From Chrysomallon squamiferum (lineage: Eukaryota; Animalia; Mollusca): a stretch of DNA of 64,000 bases. This document shows, piece after piece, positions 52,739 to 64,000 of this stretch. The translations under genes were made by a program, and so were the position numbers. The stretch lies in assembly GCA_012295275.1 (NCBI GenBank), contig CM022665.1, positions 14,198,001 to 14,262,000 of the forward strand, written 5' to 3'. A model generated the notes under the pieces. The model worked only from the letters and a program-made list of their open reading frames with translations. It had not been told where the DNA came from and did not search any database. The stretch's first letter is position 1, and every line of letters starts with the position of its first letter.

Positions 52739-55009
52739 GTATTATACATGGGTCAGCTGTCTTATTCATTACAATGTAAAGAATGAAATTCATAATAATA
52801 AAGTGTGTCTCAATTTCATTCTATTTTTCTCTGTTTCTCTCTGTATGTACCTGTCTAGAAAAAAGAATCCAACTACAAAATCCAATACGTACAAATTATA
52901 GGCCCTATATCAAAAAAATTTAATAAATAAATAAAAAAAACAACAACAACAACAACAACAATAAAAAAAATGAAAAAACCCCCACAACATCAGAAACAGA
53001 AAAAGAAAAATGTTCCCATGCTTTAAGTGTTTTGTACAAGTGTCAGTACAGTCTAACATCTCATTAATTAGAATGTGAAACTTTGGTCCCACAACAAAAA
53101 CATTCACTTGTATGTGTCACAGTGATGTATGGAAGTCTTTCTGTAGACAACACATCATCATTTGTAACAGGTTAACACAGGGTTAACAACAAAGTCTTGA
53201 TCAGAAATACATACATTATCTTAACTAAGATTAGTGAAGAAGATTTTTTTTTTTAAATATGAAGAAAAAAAAAGATGAAAAAGAGGAAAGAAAAATCATA
53301 AACTATTGAAGAAAAATGAGAAAGAAAAAAAACCTCTAAACCTCTAAACCCACCAAAAATCTATATTAAAACAGGAAAAATAAATAAAAAAATAAAATAA
53401 AATAGAATAACCCCCCACAAACAAGTAACAAATATAAAGTTAAAAAAATAAAAAATAAAAAAATATAAAAAAAAAAAAATGTTATTTAAAATTCAGATGT
53501 TTTCTTTATCTGTCTTAAAAATATATTTGAATTCTTATTTGAAATGTAGGAGACTGCAACTCAGTGATAGAATGTTTCCATGAGGCATCCTTGTGTGTCC
53601 TTTTCACTACTTCCATTTCCACCCAGTGAAAACACAAAAACACACACATACACAAACATGGATTATACTTTTGTTGCAAGATCATTTTTAAAAATCACTA
53701 GTTCTGTTTAGTAACTGTAGCCCCTAAAACAGTTATCATGAATTTCCACTCTCAAAGATTATTATTTAGAAAAGTCATGTTTATTTTTTATGCATAAACC
53801 AGCAAAACTTAAAATGCTTATATTGTAAATGTGACGTAAATAATTTTAGAAGAATACATTTATTTACAAAAATTAAATAAAAGAATAAAATAATAACAAT
53901 AACAGAAATAATAACAACAATAACAACAAAAACAACATCAACATCAATAATAATCAATTCATTTAATACTAAAATCATTATTAATACTGCTATTAAATAA
54001 CGAACCTGAAGTAAATTATTAATCTTTTCATGATCTGTACCATAATTCAAAGAAAGGAAATTTGTATTTATGATACATAATTCAGTGAAATGATTTTCTT
54101 TTTGATTTCTTCCACCATGAATTCAGATTCATCTGTCAAGAAAGGAAAATGTGAGACAGAAAGAAGTTAATTCTTTAGAAAGATTTCAACACACGTACCA
54201 AAAGCCAATGTTCCTGAATGAAAGTGTAATAGAAATTGTAGGTTTATATAAAAAACATAATTATATAGTGTTATGGTTCACCCAGTAAATCTGATGATTT
54301 TGCCAAAAAAAAAAAAAAAAGAAGTGTATATATTACTTGTTATACAGTTTGTTCATAAAGTGAACATTTTTAATGAAAGCAATTTTTTTTGAACTTGTAT
54401 GAACCTTGGTGATCAAACAAACAAATATAAGAAAAAAGTGAGCCTAAGAATAAATAAATAAATAAATAAATAAATAAAAAGATAGACAGAAAGATAAATA
54501 TATAAAAACAACAATAGGTAAATGAAAAAAATTGATTGATTCTTTTAGTTAAGTAATACAAATGTTTCCAAAATTTCAACATATTATTATTTGCAAATTT
54601 AAAAAAAAAAAAAAAAAAAAAAAAGATTTCTGTTTGTATTACACATTTAAAATATACTAATCACAACAAATTAATGAATTTCAAATTACTGTTTCAAAGG
54701 AAGAAATATTTTTATTTAAAGATGCACTCAACATATTTTAAATCTACAATTAAACAGCAATATAAAGACCAAAGAGAGAACCAGAGAAGAACCTTACTGA
54801 TAACAACTGATGATCTATTTTCTTTTTTATTAACAGCAAAACACATAAAATCAAATTTTATTATTATTATGACACTAACACTTATCAAGAACTATAATGG
54901 GGAATACAGCATCACTTCTTGGTAAATAATGACACAACAATAATGGATAAAAAGAAAGTTGATTACAAATGTCAAAAAAACACTGTAAGATCATCAGGTT
55001 TTTACTCAC

Positions 55010-55046
55010 AGAAACAACTGAGACTTTTTAAAACTGTGGACTGCAT
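55010..55046 (-). CDS. EVA1C: Candidate first coding segment of the EVA1C-like gene (start of a putative signal peptide)
   Basis: ATG at 55046-55044 (context cacaATG) and strong donor T|gtgagt at 55009. Phase 1 matches the 47161 acceptor and gives MQSTVLKSLSCFFSLLSLLDTLHEHVC, a short hydrophobic N-terminus. No transcript evidence, and an alternative reading exists (see findings). Confidence 0.45.
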
Positions 55047-55487
55047 TGTGACTATGAATTTCCTTTTTCATGTTAACACTTTTCATATATAACTTGGGTA
55101 AAATGGGGACACATCTGGCGTTGAGTAAATAAAAATACAAATCAACAGCTATGAGCCATGGCCAAGCTTGAATTTTGATGGAATAATCTTGTATTCCATC
55201 CTTCAAAGGCTGAAATAGTGTTTCCATGTCACTGGGAGAAACATAAAACAGTACAGCTCCAGAGGTAATAGTCATGAGACCCCTACCTTTTTGTGACTAG
55301 CATAGCTTTTTTAGTAGGTATGACACTTTTCATATGGCACTGAAATTCTGAAATCCAAAACATTTCAAGTCCCACGTATTCTGGATGCGGGATCTTCTTT
55401 CTGTGTATCTTTTTCTGGAGATAAGATGCTGTGTTAATCTGCCCCTTACTTTTTTTACTTAGTGTATCTTCAGTCAGATATGTTTTT
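55047..55487 (-). other. Candidate 5' UTR portion of the start-codon exon, containing upstream ATGs
   Basis: The first AG after a long polypyrimidine tract (minus strand 55545-55495) is at 55489-55488. The sequence is of higher complexity than the flanking introns. Confidence 0.4.
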
Positions 55488-55710
55488 CTTTCAAAACCGA
55501 AATGAAGAGCAAAAGAAAAAAAGAAAACAAAGTGAGAAGAAAATGGACAATATACTTGACTCATTGCTAACCTCAATAAACATGTCAGTAAGATATTTTA
55601 AAGAAGAGAAAATGATAGAGAGAGATAAAGAGACAATGCAGAGGGGAGTAAAAGAAGAAAAAAAAGACAGAATACATAAATTTTGAAAATTAAAACAGAT
55701 ATTATCTTAC

Positions 55711-55779
55711 ACCAAGAAGAATGCAATGATTTTCACCGAGTTTTAAATAAGTGAGAGATGGATTTGTGAAATGTGCGAT
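55711..55779 (-). other. Candidate non-coding 5' UTR exon (69 nt)
   Basis: Acceptor tttgtttttaatcacag| and donor |gtaaga on the minus strand. Retains CpGs. Confidence 0.45.
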
Positions 55780-57223
55780 CTGTGATTAAAAACAAATAAT
55801 AAAAATAAAAATCAGAAAAACCTTTTTATCAATTTATTTATTTTAAAAAAAAAAATTAGTTTTCAGTTGTGTTATTGCAACATTTTATATATGTAATATA
55901 TATATTTATTTACTTAAGGCTTCAGGATACATGTCTATGCTAATCATATTATTATCTAATATTTGTTTTCATGTGTTCTTATTGCATTATTTATTAACAT
56001 AAGTTGATCTTTCCACGTATTGAATACTTATTATTTACATTTTTTTTTTTTTTTTCTAAATTATTTTTCAATATCTGTTCATTTTTTTTCTTCTGAATTT
56101 AATATTTATTAATTAATAAACTTTTACACCTTTTCTTTACAGCATTTTATGTTCATATCATTAATTTATTATGTTAGTCCCAGACACATGTCATTTTATT
56201 TAGCTGTCATATTTACTGTCACTTCTTATCTCAGATAACATTGCAAAATATCATATAACAGATATATCTCTCTCAGAGACTGTTCCCGTTTCAATAACAA
56301 TCTTGAATTTATGATTTATGTAATATTTGGTTTAATTCAATCAAAAAAAAAAAAAAAAAGGAAAGAGAAAGAACAATTCAAATGTTTTTGTAATGGGTAC
56401 AAGCTTTGACTTTATATCATGAAAATTATAATGAAAGTTATCATTCTTTGCTGTATTTCCTATTAAAATCAAAATAATGGATCAACTAATTTATGACATG
56501 TTTTCATTACAAAAATTGCTCAAATGTGTCTTTTGGGGGCACATCCTCTGATAGCCAGACTTATTTATTTGACAAGAATTTAAATATTAAATATGTAAGA
56601 GTCAAATATAAAAACACATTAAAATCATCTTGCACACACATTGTTGGTACACTTCAAACTTTACTAGAAACTTTCAAATATACCTCACTGCTTACAAAAA
56701 AAGTGTACCCACTGCAAGGCATAGGTAGTTTTCTCTCTTTACCTGCATGATCCTTTACCATATGTATGATGCCAAATAAAATTATGTAAAACACAGGGAA
56801 TTTAATATATTTTTAGTTCTCAAAGGCTATTTATATTCAGTTGTTAGATGAAATTTTTTTCTAAAATAAAAAGGTTCAGGTTGTTTTCAGAAATATTATA
56901 TTACAGTCCTTTTTTTTTTTTTAGTTATAAAACATTTTACTAATCGGAATGGTAAAGGATATGAAAAAATATACGGACAAAAAAAGAAAAAGAAGAAGAA
57001 TCCCAAAAAACAAAACAAAGAGAAGTAGGAAATAAAGATGAAAGAAAATACCAAAACAACAAAAAAGAAGAAATAAATAAATGAAAAAAAGAACAAAAAT
57101 GTAAAGTGAAACAATTGCTTAAAATTTAACATTAAAAAAAAAGAAGAAGAAGAAAAAAAGGAAATAAAATGAAAATAAATACAAAAAAACAAACATACAT
57201 AAAACGTTATTAAAAACTGAAAC

Positions 57224-57260
<37 letters not shown>

Positions 57261-57446
57261 TACAGTTCTCGAATAAAGAATTTGACATAATGATGTATGT
57301 GTAGTTGTCAAACAACACAAAACATACAGTATTAAACTTTGGTGCAGGAAGTGAAAGAAATACTACAATTATCTCAACACACGAGAATTCAGGAAAAGAC
57401 GGTCTCGGTTTTATCCTGTTCTATTTCACTGGCTAAAGGTTCTTAC

Positions 57447-57520
57447 ACTTGTTGGCCATAAAAACATGACATAAACTTTTCACTTCCACGATGTTCTGGC
57501 CGTTTTAAACTTTTTGACCC
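57447..57520 (-). other. Candidate non-coding 5' UTR exon (74 nt)
   Basis: Acceptor cacttttccttgtttcag| and donor |gtaaga on the minus strand, within the CpG-retaining zone. Confidence 0.4.
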
Positions 57521-58028
57521 CTGAAACAAGGAAAAGTGGAAAGTTTTGTGGCAGAGTAGATACTCGGATACTTGAAAAACGGTGAATAAACCCATAAACA
57601 TCTTGAGTGACGCACCATTAATTTTGTCGTAATATAGATCAATTCAAATCCATAGTAAGACACAATGTAATATCGCAGTGATCTGCATGATAATAATACC
57701 AGGAGAAAGACGTAGAATTTAAAAAAAAAAAAAAAAAAATCGCAGTAATTTATTTGTTGACAGTACATGAAAGGAGAGAATATATTATTTTTAAGAAGAG
57801 TTTTATTTTTTGTTAAAATTGCAGTTGTTGCATAAACAGGTACAAAATACAAAATGTACGTACTGAAATCTTTTGACACCATTAACAATATATATATTCA
57901 ACAGTAAAAAAGGTAAAGTAAATTTAAATTAGATAATTAACCGATGATAACAGACACTTCAGAATACATTAGCATTTGGCAGCATAGACAAATAATAACA
58001 AACAACAACAACAATAACAACAATAATA

Positions 58029-59500
58029 TACTCTAACAAAAAAGAAACGCAAAAGAAGATTTTTTGACATTGGGAATATCTTTCTAATGGATCAATAGAA
58101 TGTTCACATTTTACACACACTTTCGCAATTCATTAATATTGATGGTATTTCATTGAAAAGGTTAAAGTTCAAGCTATAACAGTATAATATAAATATCTTT
58201 TGTGCCCACCATGGTAGTCCAGAACTGTCTGAGATCTCCTTCCCATGTCAGTAATGACATTACGAATTACACCTTGTGGAATGGTGGCCCACTCTGTCTG
58301 TAGTAATAATGCCAGCTGAGCATGATTCTGTGGCTGTGGTTGATGCTGCCTCAGTCGTCTATCCAACTTGTCCCATAAATGCTCTATAGGGTTCAAAACC
58401 AGAGATTTAGAGGGCCAGGGCAGGACCTGAATGTTATTGTTTTGTAGGTACGCTGTTGTGAGTCTGGCTGTATGGAGTCTCGCATTGTTGTGCTGGAATA
58501 CAGCATTACCATTATTCATTATGTGGCTGCAAAATTTCATCTCGGTATCTCTGTGCCATTAAGTTGCCTTGGATGTGAACCAGGTTGGTCCTGCCAGTGT
58601 ATGAGATTGCTGCCCACACCATTACACTACCACCGCCAAATCTGTCCACTTCCTGTATGCAGTTTGCAGCAAAACGTTCACCACGACGTCTGTAAACTCG
58701 ACATCTTCCAACAGCTCGATGAAGCAGACATCAAGCCTCGTCACTAAACCAGACAGTTCTCCATCGTAACTGAGGCCAGACTCTGTGCACTCGACACCAC
58801 TGACGTCGTAGTTGACGATGTTGTTGATCAAAACCACTCTTCTTACGGGCCGTCTGGCTCGAATTAGTGCTTCGCGTAAACGATTGCGCACTGTGCATAG
58901 CCGATATTCTACGCAGACCTGGTATTGCTGAAGCAGTAGAGGTTGCCGTGGTGGTTCTTTCCCGTAGATGAAGTACTCGTATGTAGCGGTCCTGGGCCCT
59001 GGTGGTTACACGTGGTCTACCTTATCTGGGACGGTCACATGTTGTTTGGTGTTGCTGGAACCGATACCACAATCTCAAGATGGTGCTTGGAGATACATAG
59101 AACACCCGGACAACGGCCGAGAACGATTCGCCAGCTTGTAAATGGCCGATGGCGTTGTTTCGTTGCGGTTCACTCAGTCGTGGCATTTGTTTGATGTTGG
59201 GTCAGAACAAAAATAACGAACATAAGTATTCGAAAACCTTATATTTTTATAACCCTCGTATTCAAGTTTGATGTGCCGCACGTGCACATGCACTGGTAAC
59301 GTGGTTTGCATGCGGGGACGTTTTGGCTAATAAACACGATCATAGCCTTTATTCTGTGTTACCTGCTTCTTGGCGACAGTGAAAAAAGCTATACTTTGAA
59401 TCACCAAATGTCATTTATATTCATAGTTTGTGCATCGATATGTGTCAGTTTACAATAGTTATCTAAGAAATGAACCATTTTGCTTTCTTTTTTGGGAGTA
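58029..59500 (-). mobile_element. Full-length Tc1-type DNA transposon, about 1.47 kb, degenerate
   Basis: Imperfect TIRs TACTCTAACAAAAAAGAAACGCAAAA and (rc) TACTCCCAAAAAAGAAAGCAAAA, with TA flanks at 58027-28 and 59501-02. Contains an internal transposase remnant. Confidence 0.93.
58169..59186 (-). pseudogene. Tc1-family (DD34E-type) transposase pseudogene
   Basis: From ATG 59186: MPRLSEPQRNNAIGHLQAG...DRPR*GRPRVTT..QDRYI, then after frameshifts VRNRLRE..IRARRP, WFSDEA*, GGGSVMVWAAISY.GRT.LV.I.GNL.AQRYRDEILQPH, FQHNNAR.HTAR and WPSKSLVLNPIEHLW. At least 2 stops and about 3 frameshifts. The second catalytic Asp motif reads QHNN instead of QxDN. Confidence 0.93.
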
Positions 59501-60071
59501 TATAATAATAATAATAATAAACAATAATTTCGTGACGTCATTATAACGGATTTACAAGGCATATTTGTTAATTTCTTTGTATTTTATATTCGCAATATCT
59601 TCTTGCCTATCTGTCTGTTGGTTTCAATTTTTTAATATGTTATTATTTTGTCGAGAATTGTATGATAACACCCCACTCTAAACTTACACCACTCACTACA
59701 TTCTGAACTGGTGCTAAACAAATAAAAGCATTTTGCAGATTAAGTTAATAACATTAAACAGCTCAAACAATAGTGTGACGTCACTACAATGGATCAGTAA
59801 GGTATGATGTAAATTTGTTCGTTTCTTTGTTTTTGTATTGTTATTTTGTAATTTTGTTCTCTCTCTCTCTCTCTCTCTCTAAATATATTATGAAATGGTG
59901 ATGGTATCAGTTACCTATGTAATTCAGTATAAAAATTAAAGAACAGAATGTACCTGAATAAAACATGAAACAGTGAAATGCACCATCATCTCGTAATTCC
60001 ATTTGCTTTTTAATGTCAAATCATCTTATAAATATTGTTATTAGTTTGTTGTTTTATTTATTTTACTTTTT

Positions 60072-60206
<135 letters not shown>

Positions 60207-60773
60207 AAGCATTGGAATGTTCTTAAATTCTTGTTATTAATAAAAGTATGTTTGAATATAAACTGTCATTTCTAGATTTCGTAATTTGTTTTTGAACAAC
60301 ACAACCAAAACATTGTAAAAAATTAAAGAGTTTTATTTTTGTTTCAGTATTTATTTTCTTTGATTTTTTTCCCCCTTTTATTTATTTATTTATTGTTTTT
60401 TATTATTATTATTTTTTTTTATTTTTTTGTTCTTTTTTGTTATTTTTTTTTTTTTATTATTATTATTTTATTGTTATTATTTTGTTGTTTTTTTGCATAC
60501 GGTTAACTATGCAAAATTTCCTGTCAATGCCATATTTGTTTTGAAAAGGAAGCCAAGTATCCATATCAGAATATTTGCCCAGGTTATTTTTTTTTCTTTA
60601 TAAAAATCGACAGGTGACAAAACGTGACAATAACAGCAAAAACAAAATAACACAAAATCCTTTTTACTGAACAAAAATTCTTAAAGACTATTTATAATTA
60701 AAGAGGAAAATATAATAATTTAAGTATTTCTTTTAGTATTATTTTATAATAATTATTACCTTTTTAAAAGAAT

Positions 60774-60808
<35 letters not shown>

Positions 60809-63800
60809 AAAAAATATGAAAAAATATATCAAATTATAAATTATAAAAAAAAAAATAATAAACAAAATAAAATATAATAATAGTAACAACAACAATAAAT
60901 AAATAAACAAATTATAGACTGAGAATAATCTCCTATACCATTTTAGAAGGTTTTTTCAAGAACGATATCAAAATAATTAATAAAGCAAGGCGTTAGCTGC
61001 AGACGTCATTATTGTTAATCACGCGTAGCAGGACTTGGCAGTTTTTAAGGAGATAATTAATACGGCTTTGTTAATCAAGCATTTTGCTAGTGAATATCGA
61101 ACAATATAAGTTGTTCACGGTTTACACAACAATGTGTTCAATTATTTTTAATAATTTCTTTAATACAGGGTTTGTAACCAAATTACACTGTTTTAATGGA
61201 TGAAAATATTTTATTTCTCCACTTTACACAATTTACACAAAGGTGAACATACATAATAATATATGTAACATAACTGTTTATAATTTATCGAATGAAGCCA
61301 AAGAATTACTTACAAACGATAGAACCTTAGTAAACATTATCATGATTATTATTTTATTTTTCTATTTGAGATTGTCTTCCCTTTTTGATTGTACGTACTT
61401 TTTTGGTTTAGTGCAACTAAAATTAATGTATCTTTTCCCCGAGTAGCTATATGTCAGTGTGGTATCCTATTGGTTTTAATCTATATTCCACTGACGTAAA
61501 CCCAGCTCTAAAACAAGTTCGTTGAAGTAACCTTGTGAAGGTTTACTTAGTACTGAATTGTTATGTTAAATCATACAGCATACTTTATTACATGTAATTC
61601 GAATATCTGTCGATAAGACGCTCGCACTAAATGTAATGGAATATTACTTATTTTTATTTAACAAAACCGTCAATTCAGACGCACCCCATACAAACACGTC
61701 TGTATCCTCCCTGTAGTGATGAGTTAATGTCGGGTTATAACCTACTGAGGTTTCATTTCTTTAACCTCAAAGAAAAACCTCTATTAAATTAATCAGTGTC
61801 AAAACTAATTCGACTAGCGATTTGTTATATTCAGTTGTATTTTCCTCCATTCATTTTGGTTCATTTACTCAGCAACAGTCAATATTCCAGTTCCCGCCAA
61901 TCTCCGTCAAGTTGATAGGTCTGAGGTATTTTCATTATTACCCATGTTTACCTGTTCCTATTCAACCAAATACAGTTTTATCATGTCCAGTACATTTACA
62001 GCATTCTAGGTCAATACTTATGTCAATAAGTTTCTGGCGACTTTGTAATTACAGGTAAGTGCCAGGTAAAAGGTCACCGGGTTGTTTAGTAAAATTCCCA
62101 TACGAATAGTTAGCACACCAGTTTGAGGTAAAAGAGAACAAAACTGATGAAATCTAAAAACTTTGAGAAAATAATTATTTATGATATATTTTCGTTAACT
62201 GAATATCAACTGTAATATTTTTCTAAAATAACTTTCTATTTATTGTTGAGATTAATAAATACTAAATATATTTTTGTCTGATACACGTTAGTTTACATGT
62301 ATTTATATTTCTATTAGCCGTTTGAAAAAAAGAATTGATCAAATCTTTCTCTTTCTCTGCTGCATCTAATTTTTTTTATAAATAAATATATGTATATGTG
62401 TGTTTTATTGTATTTAACCAATGTAAGTTAAAAAGAAAAATAACAAACATAAAAACAAAACATTTCCTGTAAGAAATGTTGTTTGTGTATTCGTGAATAA
62501 GAATCTAATTATCTTAAGCATGAATAAAGGCTATACCACGCTCCGATAAGAACTATGCAGAAAGAAGTAATAAATAAATAAATAAATAAATAAAAATATG
62601 AAAAGCGATGTAGTTGTTAACATTTTTTTTAGTAATATGGATGATAAAACAGAAAAAATAAAATCCGATGACCATACTGCTACTACTATTACTACTAAAA
62701 CTAACAGTAATAATATAATATTGGTATCAGTAATAATAGTAGAAGTAACAAAGTAGTACATAGTAACGATAAACTAGCATCCGTGGTATTGACAATATTG
62801 GAAGAAACAGCTTTAATTATCAATGTTTTAGGAACATTTCTGATTATGTACGTCAATTATAGTATTATTCACTGGAAATAAAATCGTTACGTTTCATTTC
62901 TTCTTTTATTTCCAGTTTATTTTTCTATGATTACGAAATAAAAATAAAAGAGTTATCTTTTGTCGTTGTTGTTATTGTTATTTTCCGTTGTAGCGTTCTG
63001 AAGATGGCGTCAGAGATTTGAGTAAAAACGTTTGATATTCTGTACGCTGTTTAGCTCTCATCATTTAGTGACAGGAAATGAAAACCAGTGTATGAACTGT
63101 TAAACCACTGAGTACCCAGTCATAATTACATTCTCCCATGACATGTGCTCCAGGCTGAAACATTTGGGCTTAAATCATTGGCCAGCCTGTTAACTTTGTA
63201 GTCAGCTTGAAATCTTAGGAGAAAATTATATAGTAAATTAGAAATGTAACAAGCTTTATAACAAAGTCCCAACACATGACCTGTTTGTATCAAAATACGA
63301 AGAATTCTGGGGAACAATGCACGCACGAAATAAAGGCGTAAAGAAATTGGTTTAATAGAAAAAAAGAAGAATGCCACTAAAAGTTATCAGATGACAAGAA
63401 GTAAAAGCATGTTTATTTGAAGTCGTGTTTAAATATTTCACATGAAGTTGAGATAACTTGGCTTAAATAGTTTTGTAATGCAAAAATTAGACACACTCAG
63501 ACACGACGGATGAGAGAAGAAACTATATATTTCTGTTAACAGACGTGTTACTAAATTCTCTCAGTGAAACTGTTTGAAAATGATAGTCTTGGGCAAACAG
63601 GAGCCTTGGGTATGTTACAGGATTAGTTATCGTGTGGAGCGATCTTAAACTTTTCGTGTAGTTCTCGTTAGGAGCCTGGAGCGAAATGCTATCCTCAGTT
63701 TAATCGACGCCCCTTCCCTAACACACATACTGATATAGCGTAACTAACTAACTAACTAACTAAATATGTATAATAAGAACCCATCATATATTCCCGATAG

Positions 63801-63900
63801 GCGTACTTTAACAAAAATGTTACGAAAAAAACATGCTAAAAATAACTACAATCAATAATTTAAATATTACAATATAAGATAAGTTGACTGCTTAATTAAC

Positions 63901-63934
<34 letters not shown>

Positions 63935-64000
63935 AAGAAAGAAAGAAAGAAGAAAAAAAACATTTACGAGTTACTCGTCTTTAGCTTCAATTTATGCTTT

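Noticed and set aside
53545-53630. tRNA-like A-box (gcaactcagtgatagaatg)
   Set aside because: No cloverleaf or intact B-box. At most a decayed SINE head, not a tRNA gene.
58472-59194. Plus-strand ORFs 58472-58747 and 58943-59194
   Set aside because: They are antisense shadows of the Tc1 transposase remnant.
63126-63377. 83-aa minus-strand ORF as a first coding exon of the EVA1C-like gene
   Set aside because: No recognisable similarity or clear signal peptide, and only a weak donor (gtaatt). The candidate exons between it and the lectin exons look non-coding.

Overview
AT-rich, microsatellite-dense eukaryotic DNA. Spliceosomal GT-AG introns and a CpG-depleted gene body suggest an invertebrate, plausibly a mollusc (inference only). 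Most of the window is one minus-strand gene encoding an EVA-1/EVA1C-like protein with two tandem SUEL/rhamnose-binding lectin domains. Four well-supported coding exons (47161-46923, 29768-29645, 8901-8755, 6129-5986; 654 nt) splice in frame across introns of 17,154, 20,743 and 2,625 nt. Candidate 5' leader/start exons lie at 55.0-57.5 kb. The gene continues past the left edge, where bases 1-11 read as a minus-strand splice acceptor. Mobile DNA includes a young non-autonomous TA-flanked TIR element (55-847), a full-length but inactivated Tc1-type transposon (58029-59500) and many decayed SINE-like fragments. There are also several degenerate minisatellites, local duplications and a long hairpin. 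Almost all other listed ORFs are low-complexity artefacts. I found no convincing novel multi-gene system. The most interesting leads are the ambiguous, uORF-laden 5' end of the gene, the CpG boundary near 57 kb, a repeat-spacer-like array at 25-26 kb, a hairpin at 19.1 kb and a possible divergent spliced transcript at 62-63 kb.
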